Shown: one piece after another, positions 36,186-48,288 of the stretch
Numbering within the stretch: the first letter of the stretch is position 1
Layout: the number at the start of each line of letters is the position of its first letter
Source of the DNA: Trichoplax sp. H2
Lineage: Eukaryota
DNA length: 64,000 nucleotides
Reading direction: 5' to 3'
Assembly (NCBI GenBank): GCA_003344405.1
Contig: NOWV01000110.1
Coordinates: 186,001 to 250,000, forward strand
The notes under the pieces: model-generated
Told to the model about the DNA's origin: nothing
Database searches by the model: none
The model's input: the letters and a program-made list of their open reading frames with translations, nothing else
Made by a program: the position numbers and the translations under genes

Positions 36186-39100
36186 CGAAAACTTGTGCCC
36201 TAAATAAAGCAAAAGTGTAATATCATATCTATGTCTGCTCTTACTGTGTCCAGACATGAAATTATAGTGTTTAAATTGTACAATGAATTCTTGTAGCTTA
36301 TTTGATAGAAAATTAAACTACCTATCTTTCGTTTTCGTAAAAGTAACATTTAAAATGATCTTATTACTATTAAATCACAGTATTCACTTATGCAAAATTT
36401 AGGCTTTAAACATGGAGTCATTCGAGCACTTTAGTATTGAAAGGTCATGAGGAAGATTTAGGCTGTTTAAAGAATTATTACATCCGCTATTTCATTTTGT
36501 ATAACGTTATCATAGATATCTATGGAAAGAACTTCCACTCAAACTAATGAGATCAATGCTACCTTCTACGTAGGTTAATTAAAGATATACGCTAAATCTT
36601 ATGGAAATACAACAAAATAATAGTCTTAAGGTAGCATGCTTTCAGGAAAAACTTTTTTAACAGTTAAGAAAAAGCGTGAATACTAGCACGACATGTATGA
36701 TCGTTTATTTCGAATAAATATCATCCTTAGACTTAAACAGAAAGGTTTTCAATCAATCTATAATCATTAAAGCATAATATAAAGCTATTGAATTCAATAT
36801 GAACGGTTAGATATCAAGAAGAAATTGAATGTGTGTATTTCTAACGATCAATCCTATCATTTAGCTCATTCTCTTATAACAAATGCTGAGTCGTGAATTT
36901 GGTAACTACTACTTATAGGGTCATGGGTTCTAGTAGTAAGGCTCGATGGTAAAGAGTAAGTTAACGGCACCAGTCCATAGGAGACTAATGGTGTCAAAGA
37001 TACTTTATTTAGGTATTAGAATAGTTAAATGCCATTACTGAGTAATTTAGAACCGATAGCTGTATCCCTAAAGTGAGAATGTAGGGGAATTCATTCTGAT
37101 ATCTAGCTACGTATAGAATACGTTGTCTAAGTTGCTACTGTAATATTCAGCAATAAGTTCGGTACAGAACTGTTTTAATTAGCTAACCTAGGGAGACAAT
37201 TTTATTGAGAGATAGTTCCGTAGTCGGGATAGAAATTTTACTTATTACACTTCCTTTTCGTTTTAGATATATAACAAAAATTACAATAGAATTCAAGAGT
37301 ATATGATTCACAAGAATTTGCGATATAGAGAGTATGTTTCGAACGATCAGTTCTCGATTTGTTTTATTTTCACACATCGAATACCAACTGCGGTACTACG
37401 TTACTGGTAACAAATTTAGTAATCAGCTTCTATTTCTATTTTAGCTATACGACAAAGAAGCCTATATGATTTTAAATTAATAACCACTTCTTTAAATTGT
37501 CGAAGAAAGGAAAGAAATCATCCGATTACGATAAAATATGCATTAGAAAATATTCTTTATTCCATAACTTACGTCAAATTTTTCTCTGTCCCTTCCACGA
37601 TCGTGTTTGTACTTCCAATCCAATAATGAATATTTACCGTAGAATAAAAACCATCCTATAGGATGGGTTAAATTTATTCGAAACTGCTTGCCTGCGATTT
37701 GATGCCAGGAGCAGGAAACTGATTTTGGTGCTTGTATACCGTTGCGTAGATACGAGCTATTCATTCCGATCACACTCGGACACTCGGATAGTAGGACGGG
37801 TTTCCACTTCTCTAATTAGTACGCAGAAATTAAATTTATTTTTGCAAATGGTGCATTATATACCACAAATAGCAGGCACTTCTATGTAATATGCTATAAT
37901 GGAAAGATTTATTAATTCTCTATCCTGTTTTAATACAACAAATTCGTGTTTTAGCACATTACCCGCTATTCAATACTGCTTGGAATGGCAGAAAAGATAA
38001 AATAGCGGTATTAAAAACGGTATCTTAATGGTTATTTCAATTTACAATTATTTCTACATTAATAAATGATATAATAGCTTTTTAATAATTTTATCATATA
38101 AAGAAACTATTGTAGAATAACCATTAAAATAAATGGTTTTATAAACTATCTCAGTACTAAATTTCAGTGCAATAGTAATTACATTTCCTATGTTCATTGG
38201 TTCTAATACAATCTAAAGTTTCTAGAAATTACGATACGTGACAGAATTATTAGTTCAATAAAGAACATTTCTTTATTTATTTATTATGATAAATAAGTAA
38301 GTGTTTCTTTTGGTCAGTTAAAATTGCTATCCATCAAACTAAATGTAAGGATTTAATAAAAAATGATACCTAGCTCGGCATTAAATTAAGTATCCTACTA
38401 AATAGAATTATCAGATCATTTACTTTATGGTATTGGATACAGAAGTTGAAAAATGACCTTCAATCTTATCCCCTGAAGTTCTCTCAAGTTTATTGCAATA
38501 TTTGAAAAATAATTATTAAATTTGGTATCAAATTGATAGAAGTCCGTGATAAAATGTCTTCTCAAAAATACAACAAGAACTACAGTTTCTTGTAAACTTA
38601 ACTTTAAGGCATAAAATTAAGTTTATCTTCCAACTACTAAGGTCTGCCTAACTGCAACCAGACTATCTTTGGACTATCTAGCGTACAATTTAAACTATTC
38701 TCGTACAATCTTGGATCGTAATCTAAGCTATTTTGAGGCTGTACTACAAAATGATGTCTGCATGCTGGTTCTGTAGCATGTTATGCTTTCAAGACTACTT
38801 GATTTCTTCATAAATAAATGATTATGATTAAGGCCTAACTATGAATTTTGAGATACTTCTAATATAATTTTCTAAAGATAAAATATCGTTTTGGCAAGAT
38901 CAAGTACTTTATCAGCAGCTGATCCTTAACTATTATATCTACTAAATCGTAGTTCAGTTTAAGTAACGAACTCAAATGGAATCAATTTAAGTGAATGCTT
39001 GTTTAAGATATTCTTAACCAACTGACAAACTGATAGAATACTAAAACATTGCAAGGAGAGCCAATAAACCCCAGTAGTCAATTAAACTGTCTTTGACAAA

Positions 39101-41808
39101 GCAAACTGGAATGGATTATGGTTATAGGGTAATCTAATCCTTATCAGCATCTCATCTTCTCTACTTCTGAATTTCTTAACTACTTGTTATGAAGTGACTT
39201 TTCCTATAAAATACTTATCTTAATTTCGTCAGATAAAATGCCGTTATCGATGATGTTATACATACTTTTAATCGATAACTACATAGCTTTATAATATTGT
39301 CTATAAACCGATCATTAATGTTTACGTCGATTTACTATTGAATGAATGATTTTTTCAATAAAATTTAGGTTCAGTTAGGCCTAAGAGTGACCAGTATGGC
39401 GTTACTGTTCCTCCTGACGAATGGAGATCGTCTGCATTCCGAGTCGTAATATAGGTTAATGTCAGGGAGGACAAACCTGACTCTAGACTCGTAGAGTATA
39501 TAGTTTCTACAACAGTTCGATTTTTCTTGTTAAAAATTTCGATTTATAACACTACTACAGTATACACCACCTTTTATATGCTGCATTTAGCAGTTGGTAG
39601 TATCAAACTAAAGGATTATCATTCTGAAGTCATTTAAATTAATCTTACAATTAATCACTTAACTATAGAAAGAATTTACGGCAGATGACATGATATTATT
39701 AAAATAAACAGCAACTCTTGTCACAAATAAAATTCTGTCACACATCCAACATATACAGCATTACAATTACAAAGATGTGCATTTCCAGTTGGTTACATAC
39801 AGCAATCTCTTATCATGTTCTGTATATTGCCGTACTCAACAAAACTTACGACTTCCTAACTATAACATATTATAACCAAAGTGTCGAAGTCAAATTTACA
39901 AGATCTACTTTAATCAACAAATTAAATTAGTCTCAGTTATAAGCATTAACAGTATGTTGCAATACTTAGACTACTTTCGTGTATTTTATCTAAGACATAC
40001 ACACTGCTACAATACTTAATATAGTAGAATTCGAACTCTTCATATAAGCTGGAATGACAAGAACTGCTATCATCTTGACTATTACAGTCCAGCATTAAGC
40101 CCGACTCATCAATTAACTAAAATAGCTAGTTTAGTTACTAGGCCAACTGGCAGCCAGATGGATCAAAATTTAATTGCTCTTTCATTAATGAAATACAAAT
40201 CAATAATTAATTTTAAGTGCGTACAGCTAAATCCTATAAAAATATGTCCCTTTCATGTTGTAGATTGTGAACAGGATGTTGCTTTAAAAATGGCTTGTAC
40301 GAGATCAAGCAGTGGAAATTAAGATTGAAATAATAATATAGTTAGGCGAAAGTAAGTATCGATCCCTTTCATCTTGTAGATTGGAGGACGTCGCTTCAAA
40401 AAATAATGGCTAAAAGGAAACAATGCTCAGCAATAGAGGAATGAGAGAGTGATCAAGTAAAATGCTGGGTTAAAACACTTCATTAACCCTGGAATGAAGA
40501 AATCTACTATCGCCTCGACTATTACAGAAAGATTTTAAGCTCAAAGTCTGTCTGTTAGTTTATCCATTTCACCAAACCAATACAGTTATGAACTCCACAT
40601 ATCGACTTTCATCGAGCGTGATCTATCTATATAAAATTTAGTTCGATGATGGGACATTTTTAGGTAATAGTTTTGATGCAACAAGGCGTTAAAATGATAC
40701 GTTGAATGTCTCGTATCAATAGTCTAAAATGAGATCTGTTAATAGAAAGTTAATTTTACCTCTTGCTAAGCAATGTTGGCATCACACATTACATATCGTA
40801 AAAGTCTATACAGTAGTATTAGCTAATTAAATAATCATTTACGTACCATAAATGCATAAATAGTGCTTTATCACCTATTCATTTTTAGTATCATGATGAC
40901 TGCTATTTTGATGCAAGTATAAAGATGTAATGACATGTAAGCTAATATCTGCTGGCATAATTGTCTAATACAGTTATTTGTAGCCTGTGTACACTATTAC
41001 ATTGAACTAACGAATAATTGCTGAACTTCTAAACAATCAATAGCTCTTCAAACAAGTTTCAAATTTAATTACACAAAACTTCGCTTTATTTGTCAATCGA
41101 AGGTCTTCTGATTTGAGGTCTATTAGCTCCATACTAAAGAAGTTCTATTTAGCAACTGTCATTGAATACTTTGTACTGATGCTGAGTAATATTGATATTA
41201 AGTGTTTTCTTGTCTAATACAAGATAAGAAATTATTGATTAATTCACGTAAGAGAGTTAACAATTTGTGAGGACTAATTTTATTGTTGATACAATGACGT
41301 AATTAGCTAAATGCTACAAACTTTAGTTCAGTAATAATTCTTAAAATGGAAACTATGCTCATTTCACATACCCTAACCCTACAACTAACACTAATATTAC
41401 TGCTTCATAAAAAATTATCGCAATTTTAAAATTAAAAATATTTACGTGTTTGTTTAATTTTGTAATATTTATGTAGCCAACGACGAAGAAATTAATTATA
41501 TATTATATATAAAACCACTTTACTAAGCAACTTAATCTATTGACAATCAGACTTGACTCATCGAATAGAAGACTTTATCTCAAATAGAACATCATTATCT
41601 TCTACAATCTGAATCATTCTACTTAAGATATCACTACTCTTCTATTAATTTCCAGCGCCTTTAGGTGTTAGGTACAATTGCACAATTGCAGTGTTTCTTG
41701 TCATATATATCTTGTATCATAATTATATATCTGGCTAGTATTAGTCATCAACAATTTCTAATGTAATAGTTGTCAATCATTTATATTAGCTTCACGTTAA
41801 TATCTATT

Positions 41809-42435
41809 TGTCACAAAACAGCTTTGCAACAAGATAACGCAATATACGATCAATAAGTCAATTCCTTGAACCACGTATCAAGGAACGATATCTGCACTAT
41901 CACAAACACTTTTGCTCTACTAGCAGACTACACAAAGACTTAAACGCCTCGTATTTTACGTTAAACACTAAGTTGGAGAAATTCTCTTTATTTCACGATA
42001 TACTGCATTTATATACTACTCCTCAATAGTCCATGAGTCATAGTTAATACAATTAACATTAGAATCATTTACTGAATTAGATATTTATTATAGCTACTGC
42101 TCCCTTAATGCAGACAACAGTATTTACGAACATAGACATGTAATGACTAATACAGAATAGTCAGATTACGATATGTCCTATCACGGAACATTTCCATGAT
42201 AATTTACAGTCTACCATAAGTGAATTACAATCACAATGATTCGAACTGTAAGTAGATGATTTGCATTCCCTATTATAACTATTAATTTCAGTATGTGTAT
42301 AAGTGTCTCTGTCATAAAAAGTCAGTGCTATATTAAAACACAGTATATCCAAATTAGAAGTTAACTAAATAAGGATAGTCTAACAGAATTATCCTAACAT
42401 AGATATTTCTACTGTAATACAGTAACACTGTAGCA
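41809..42435. mobile_element. Candidate solo LTR (627 bp)
   Basis: TGTCACAA...CTGTAGCA flanked by CTATT (41804-41808 and 42436-42440); the paralogous segment near 59235-59320 appears to lack it (weak by-eye alignment). Confidence 0.45.
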
Positions 42436-43473
42436 CTATTCTTAGTGTCTAACTATATCAAATATAGCTATTAAAAAAATCAAACATAGCTATCCTTATT
42501 ATCAAATATGGCGCATCATTACTCTCTCCCTCTAAGCAAACAATCTAGTTTTTAATACCCACGGCATTCACACATCATTATGAAATAAACATCTCCCAGC
42601 GTATGAGTAAGTAGAAAAGCTACAACTTTGTTTTAATCAGCAAATTGTCGTAAAAGAATCTAAAAGATATGCACTCACAGTCAATTTAAATAGCCTCGAT
42701 AAATCAAATTATTTGAAGCTTACTCATGACATTAAAGTGTCCTACTTCTTATCCTCTCCTCGTTGTTTCCATCTAGGAATAGAGCTTGTTAACGACAAGT
42801 TTATATCACATTTTATGCGTAATAGTTTGTATAGAATATATTATGTTGGTGGATCGCGACTGATGATTAAACGGTGAAGTACGGTATTCATTCTTATGCT
42901 ATACCAAGTACTGAAAGACAGAACTGATAGCTTATAAAACTGTGCCCAATAAGATTAGACATTTTAATGCTATTACTAAATCCAAGTCAGTCTAAGACCA
43001 TAGAAATTGTTAAATTACTATCCTACTGTAGTAATAAGGCGATAGCAGTAATATAATATGTTAAGAAAAAAGTTAGCGATTCTAAATTAAAGAATTCTCA
43101 CCTTGAACAGGTTTAAATTAATGTCATAATCGATCACTTAGGTTCAGGGAATTTTACCGTGGAAGCCTCGATATTACTAAATTCAATTATGAATTTAACC
43201 ATAGATGAATTACTATCACATATGATATCTACTATGCACGGTACTAAAATTACTAAATGTATGCATTTTCTATTGGTTATAGTCTATTAAACGCATATGA
43301 CACAATATATATTGCTCAACCAAAGTAACAATTACATAACAACCATTAATCACAGCCCAGATAAAGTAGTTAGAATTATAATATCTACTTTAATCAGTTA
43401 ACTAAATGATTCACTGTCGCAAACATCCAAGGTAAGTTATATTACTTTATTATTATCTATCACTCTTGAATAG

Positions 43474-44006
43474 TGTCACAGTCATCAAAATAACTTAGAT
43501 ATGGATGTTTAGTTTATGAATAAGATTTTGTTTTGAACTTTTAGAAGTATTAACTACTACTTTAGGAATTGTTATAGTTAGTAATAAACTAAGTTATTAT
43601 GATGTTATGATGATATAGTAATATGTTACAAGTAAATATCGAGAGCAAAGGAACTTGACAGAGCTTACTATCGAAGTAGATTTACATATGAAACTGTTTA
43701 TTACCTCGGATATCCGTATTCGATAATTCAATCGTAATAACATGTTTGTTATCGAATGTTGATAGCATAGTAAATATATTTAGAGCTGCTGAAAGAGTAT
43801 ATAAGAAGGACTGTGAACAATAGAAAGTAACTCAGGTTAAGGCTAAGTTGGATGATAGCTTTATACCGCATATTGTGTTGAGCGAGCTAGTTCTTCTTAA
43901 GGATTCCGATTACTATACCGTAGATTAGGGAACTAGTTGTGCGGATTAAAGTAAAGTTTATTATTAACGCTGTGTTTTTTCTTGTGTCGCAAGGGTAGTT
44001 GTGGCA
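43474..44006. mobile_element. Older solo-LTR-like insertion (533 bp); second copy 45283-45816
   Basis: TGTCACAG...TTGTGGCA termini; decayed 5-bp TSD (CATAG/CATAT in copy 2, AATAG/CATAA in copy 1); absent from the paralogous segment at ~60880-60950. Confidence 0.65.
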
Positions 44007-44721
44007 CATAAATTTTATTGAAGCTAAAATTATTTCTTTTACATTATAACAATAAATATAGAATCTAAAAGCAAACATTATTGGTAGATCAAGGACTTTC
44101 ATATTATTTTTTGAAGTGCATTATGCTTTACGTTAAACTATCAGTAGCCTGTATTATATAGAGTATTGTATTGAAATTTCTCAGACATAAAATTTATTCA
44201 ATTGCTTCAAACAATTGCCCCTGTGTTCGTTCTTATTAATTTATGCCTTCGCTATTAATTAATTCTATATCGATAACTTATTTCCCCAACTCTTACATAG
44301 CCTTTACTAACATAAATGGATTGCATGACTTTGCTATTGTCTATCGATACGCGATTATTGATTTGTGCTTCAAAGTTTTCTTTGTTTAGGTCCCTCAAAC
44401 GATATCAACAGTTATGATGCACGTTAATTTGCATGAACTGTGCACATGGTCATAATGACTAAATATGTAAGGATTTAATATCGAGTTCTGATATTATTCT
44501 GTTATCATAATAACTACAGGATAGAGTATTTTTAGATCATTACAACAAAAATTTAGCACTTATCTAGCTGCGGTATGTACTTTCCATTTAATAAATGCCT
44601 TGATTACGATAAATATATTAAATAACGCGAAATTTATTTTTTATTCTAATTTATTAGCAAGGATAACAGTTTGATTATTACAAAGTAAATAGTTAGTTCA
44701 GNNNNNNNNNNNNNNNNNNNN

Positions 44722-44864
44722 ATAGTCATCTGTACTCTAGCATAGAGTCTCTATCACTACAGTCTATAGTTACAGCTACCAAATATCTCTTAGGATAAAT
44801 ATCTACCGTACATTATACTACACATGGCTAACAGTCTACAATCACAATACTAAGTTACATTACA
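44722..44864 (-). mobile_element. Terminal fragment of the 54886-55438 LTR family, inverted, running into the gap
   Basis: Reverse complement of 54886-55028 with few substitutions; homology ends exactly at the element terminus (...GTTACATTACA). Confidence 0.85.
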
Positions 44865-46863
44865 AGTATATTAAGAAAAAGTTAGCGATTCTAAATTAAA
44901 GAATTCTCACCTTGAACCGGTTTAAATTAATGTCATAATCGATCACTTAAGTTCAGGGAATTTTACCGTGGAAGCCTCGATATTACTAAATTCAATTATG
45001 AATTTAACCATAGATGAATTACTATCACATATGATATCTACTATGCACAGTACTAAAATTACTAAATGTATGCATTTTCTATTGGTTGTAGTCTATTAAA
45101 CGCGTATGACACAATATATATTGCTCAACCAAAGTAACAATTACATAACAACCATTAATCACAGCCCAGATAAAGTAGTTAGAATTATAATATCTACTTT
45201 AATCAGTTAACTAAATGATTCACTGTCGCAAATATCCAAGGTAAGTTATATTACTTTATTATTAAATATCACTCTTGCATAGTGTCACAGTCATCAAAAT
45301 AACTTAGATATGGATGTTTAGTTTATGAATAAGATATTGTTTTGAACTTTTAGAAGTATTAACTACTACTTTAGGAATTGTTATTGTTAGTAATACACTA
45401 AGTTATTATGATGTTATGATGATATAGTAATATGTTACAAGCAAGTATCGAGAGCAAAGGAACTTGACAGAGCTTACTGTCGAACTAGATTTACATATGA
45501 AACTGTTTATTACCTCGAATATCCGTATTCGATAATTCAATCGTAATAACATGTTTGTTATTGAATGTTGATAGCATAGTAAATATATTTATAACTGCTG
45601 AAAGAGTATATAAGAAGGACTGTGAACAATAGAAAGTGAATCAGGTTAAGGCTAAGTTGGATGATAGCTTTATACCGCATATTGTGTTGAGCGAGCTAGT
45701 TCTTCTTAAGGATTCCGATTACTATACCGTAGATTAGGGAAGTAGTTGTGCGGATTAAAGTAAAGTTTATTATTAACGCTGTGTTTTTTTCTTGTGTCGC
45801 AAGGGTAGTTGTGGCACATATATTTTATTGAAGCTAAAATTATTTCTTCTACAATATAACAATAAGTATAGAATCTAAAAGCAAACATTATTGGTAGATC
45901 AAGGACTTTCATATTATTTTTTGAAGCGCATTATCCTTTTCGTTAAACTATCAGTAGCCTGTATTATATAGAGCATAGTGTTCAAATTTCTTAGACATAA
46001 AATTTATTTAATTGCTTCAAACAATTGCCCCTATGTTCGTTCTTATTAATTTATGCCTTCGCTATTAATAAATTCTATCTCGATAACTTATTTCCCCAAC
46101 TCTAACATAGCCTTTACTAACATAAATAGATTGCATGACTTTGCTATTGTCTATCGATACGCGATTATTGATTTGTGCTTCAAAGTTTTCTTTGTTTAGG
46201 TCCCTCTAACGACATCAACAGTTATGATGCACGTTAATTTGCATGAACTTTGCACATGGTCGTAATGACTAAATATGTAAGGATTTAATATCGAGTTCTG
46301 ATAATATTCTGTTATCATAATAACTACAGGATAGAGTATTTTTAGATCATTTACAACAAATATTTAGCAATAATCTAGCTGTGGCATGTACTTTCCATTT
46401 AATAAGTGCCTTGATTACGATAAATATATTAAATTACGCGAAATTTATTTTTTATTCTAATTTATTAGCAAGGATAACAGTTTGATTATTACAAAGTAAA
46501 TATTCAGTTCAGTTACAATAAACTTGAGAACTTGTTATTAATTATGGTACTTTATGGACTATTGCAAATATTGCATGCTAGTAAATTTTTAGGTATTACA
46601 CAAGATGAAAACTTAAGTTAAGGACTGATTTCATAACTTGAAGTTACAACCAAGGATATTATTACTTGCAGTTTCGCCCTTCTACATCGAATAGGGTATA
46701 CGGCTTGTGTAAGAAATGTAGGAATAGTAACTTTGTTAACGTTAGCGGACATCAAACAATTCAGACCAAATAGTAATGATCTAATCTAATATTACCGATA
46801 CATGTTGCATAGATAGCGAGTATATTTATATATTGCTGGTAAAATAAAAATTAGATGTATTAC

Positions 46864-47327
46864 TGCGATAGAGGGTTCGAAGAGTCAGATAATATGGTTT
46901 TAGTTGCCATGCAGAGAATTGCACAAGGAGGTTAAGAAAAGAGGATACTTTATTGTAGATAGTAGTTAGGTACAATGTGATAATTACGGTAGGTCAGCGT
47001 GGTAGCTGCCGTGGGTAAAGTGTGAATACTATCTGTGACTAATAATGCAACTTAAGAAGTCTAAAGTAGAAAACGGCATTATTTATAGCTATGGCATTAG
47101 AACACATGCAGAGAACATGATTGTGGGATTAGATACAACACATACCATAACAGATTATAGAATATCAGATGATTGTAGAAAGTAGCGAGGACAGTAATCA
47201 CTAAATGTAGTAAGCCATATTTGAATGTAGAGCGACCAGACTGTAGATATGTCTAAATATAAGATTAATACAACATGTCTATATTTAAGAGTAGAATATA
47301 GTGACAGTATAATCTAAATACACTACA
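46864..47327 (-). mobile_element. Solo-LTR-like insertion (464 bp) directly after a GPCR stop codon
   Basis: TG...CA ends; perfect TSD ATTAC (46859-46863 and 47328-47332); removal restores colinearity with paralogues (GATGTATTACATACTAGAATGG vs GATGTGTTATTTGCTACAATGG at ~51847); minus-strand AATAAA at 46954-46949. Confidence 0.8.
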
Positions 47328-47328
47328 A

Positions 47329-48288
47329 TTACATACTAGAATGGAATAGCTTTTTAACTTCAGATATTATACCGGCCCTGATTTGTTTATCAAATGTCAC
47401 GTAAATAAGTGGATTCAGAAAATGTATCGATAGGACTAGACCATTTATAAAATAGTTCACTATAAACAAATAAATGTTACCAGGTAAAAGGCGAATTAGG
47501 GATTTTTGAGTTATTGAAGCTATAACGCAGCATACAAAATAAGGTAAGCTTAGAAGTATATAACATGAGGTTATATAAATCAAAACTTTAATAAATTTTC
47601 TTCTCTTTGTAAAGTCTTCATAGAGTTGCTCTGATGTCCGAATGCCAGGTCGAACATAATTCTTTTGATAGATTGCAACTTTTGCATAAGACATGACAAT
47701 CGTTGCAGTAGGCATGACATATGAAATAAATGACCAATGCAATACATATACTGATTCATTAACGCCCATTTCTGGAAAATCACATGTTGTAGGAAAATCT
47801 GGATACGAAGACACATACAATAACATTGGTGATGTTGCAGATATTGATATCAACCAAATGAGAATCTCAGTTGTAATCAGAAATCTTCGTTTGTGAATTC
47901 GGTAAAACGGCGAGAATGGTCTTACAACAATAAAATAGCGATCCACAGCGATCAATGCTAAATTCATCATGGAAACCGTGTATGATGTATATAAAATCGT
48001 TATACCAATACGACATAGATTGGAACCAGCGACGAAATCTAAATTACCAAAGGTTATCATAATAAACATGATCACGGCTGTACTTGCCGAAATAGTATCA
48101 GATATAACTGATATTCGAATCAAGCGATAGGTAGTCTTTTGGAATGTTTTGTCTGTAAAAAGCAATTTGAGTATAAGTATATTTAATATTAATCCAGTTA
48201 TGTGTGTCGGAATAAAAAATGCCGCAGCATAGCGATAAATTTGTCTAAAATTCGGTGGAAATAAGTTTGTCGAATTGAAGGTATTCAT
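47329..48288 (-). CDS. Intronless rhodopsin-like (class A) GPCR, 319 aa
   Basis: Seven hydrophobic segments; GxxxN in TM1, D in TM2, Cys at TM3 start, LALIAVDRY, TM4 W..S..P, ECL2 Cys, P..I..SY in TM5, NPLIY, helix-8-like FDKQIR. Confidence 0.93.
   Translation of the reverse strand: MNTFNSTNLFPPNFRQIYRYAAAFFIPTHITGLILNILILKLLFTDKTFQKTTYRLIRISVISDTISASTAVIMFIMITFGNLDFVAGSNLCRIGITILYTSYTVSMMNLALIAVDRYFIVVRPFSPFYRIHKRRFLITTEILIWLISISATSPMLLYVSSYPDFPTTCDFPEMGVNESVYVLHWSFISYVMPTATIVMSYAKVAIYQKNYVRPGIRTSEQLYEDFTKRRKFIKVLIYITSCYILLSLPYFVCCVIASITQKSLIRLLPGNIYLFIVNYFINGLVLSIHFLNPLIYVTFDKQIRAGIISEVKKLFHSSM

Larger units (their letters stand above)
43062..46510. repeat. Gap-flanking duplication (43062-44701 vs ~44870-46510)
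   Basis: TTAAGAAAAA(A)GTTAGCGATTC...CAAAGTAAATA is repeated either side of the N-run 44702-44721 with a few percent substitutions. Confidence 0.92.

Noticed and set aside
37060-37198. Imperfect terminal inverted repeat TGTATCCCTA / TAGGGAGACA as a MITE
   Set aside because: No target-site duplication and no second copy in the window.
36260-47300. Short 60-80-aa ORFs in the gene-poor region, and a possible SVBP partner gene near vasohibin
   Set aside because: Low-complexity AT-rich chance ORFs, several inside LTR-like elements; no SVBP-like peptide recognised.
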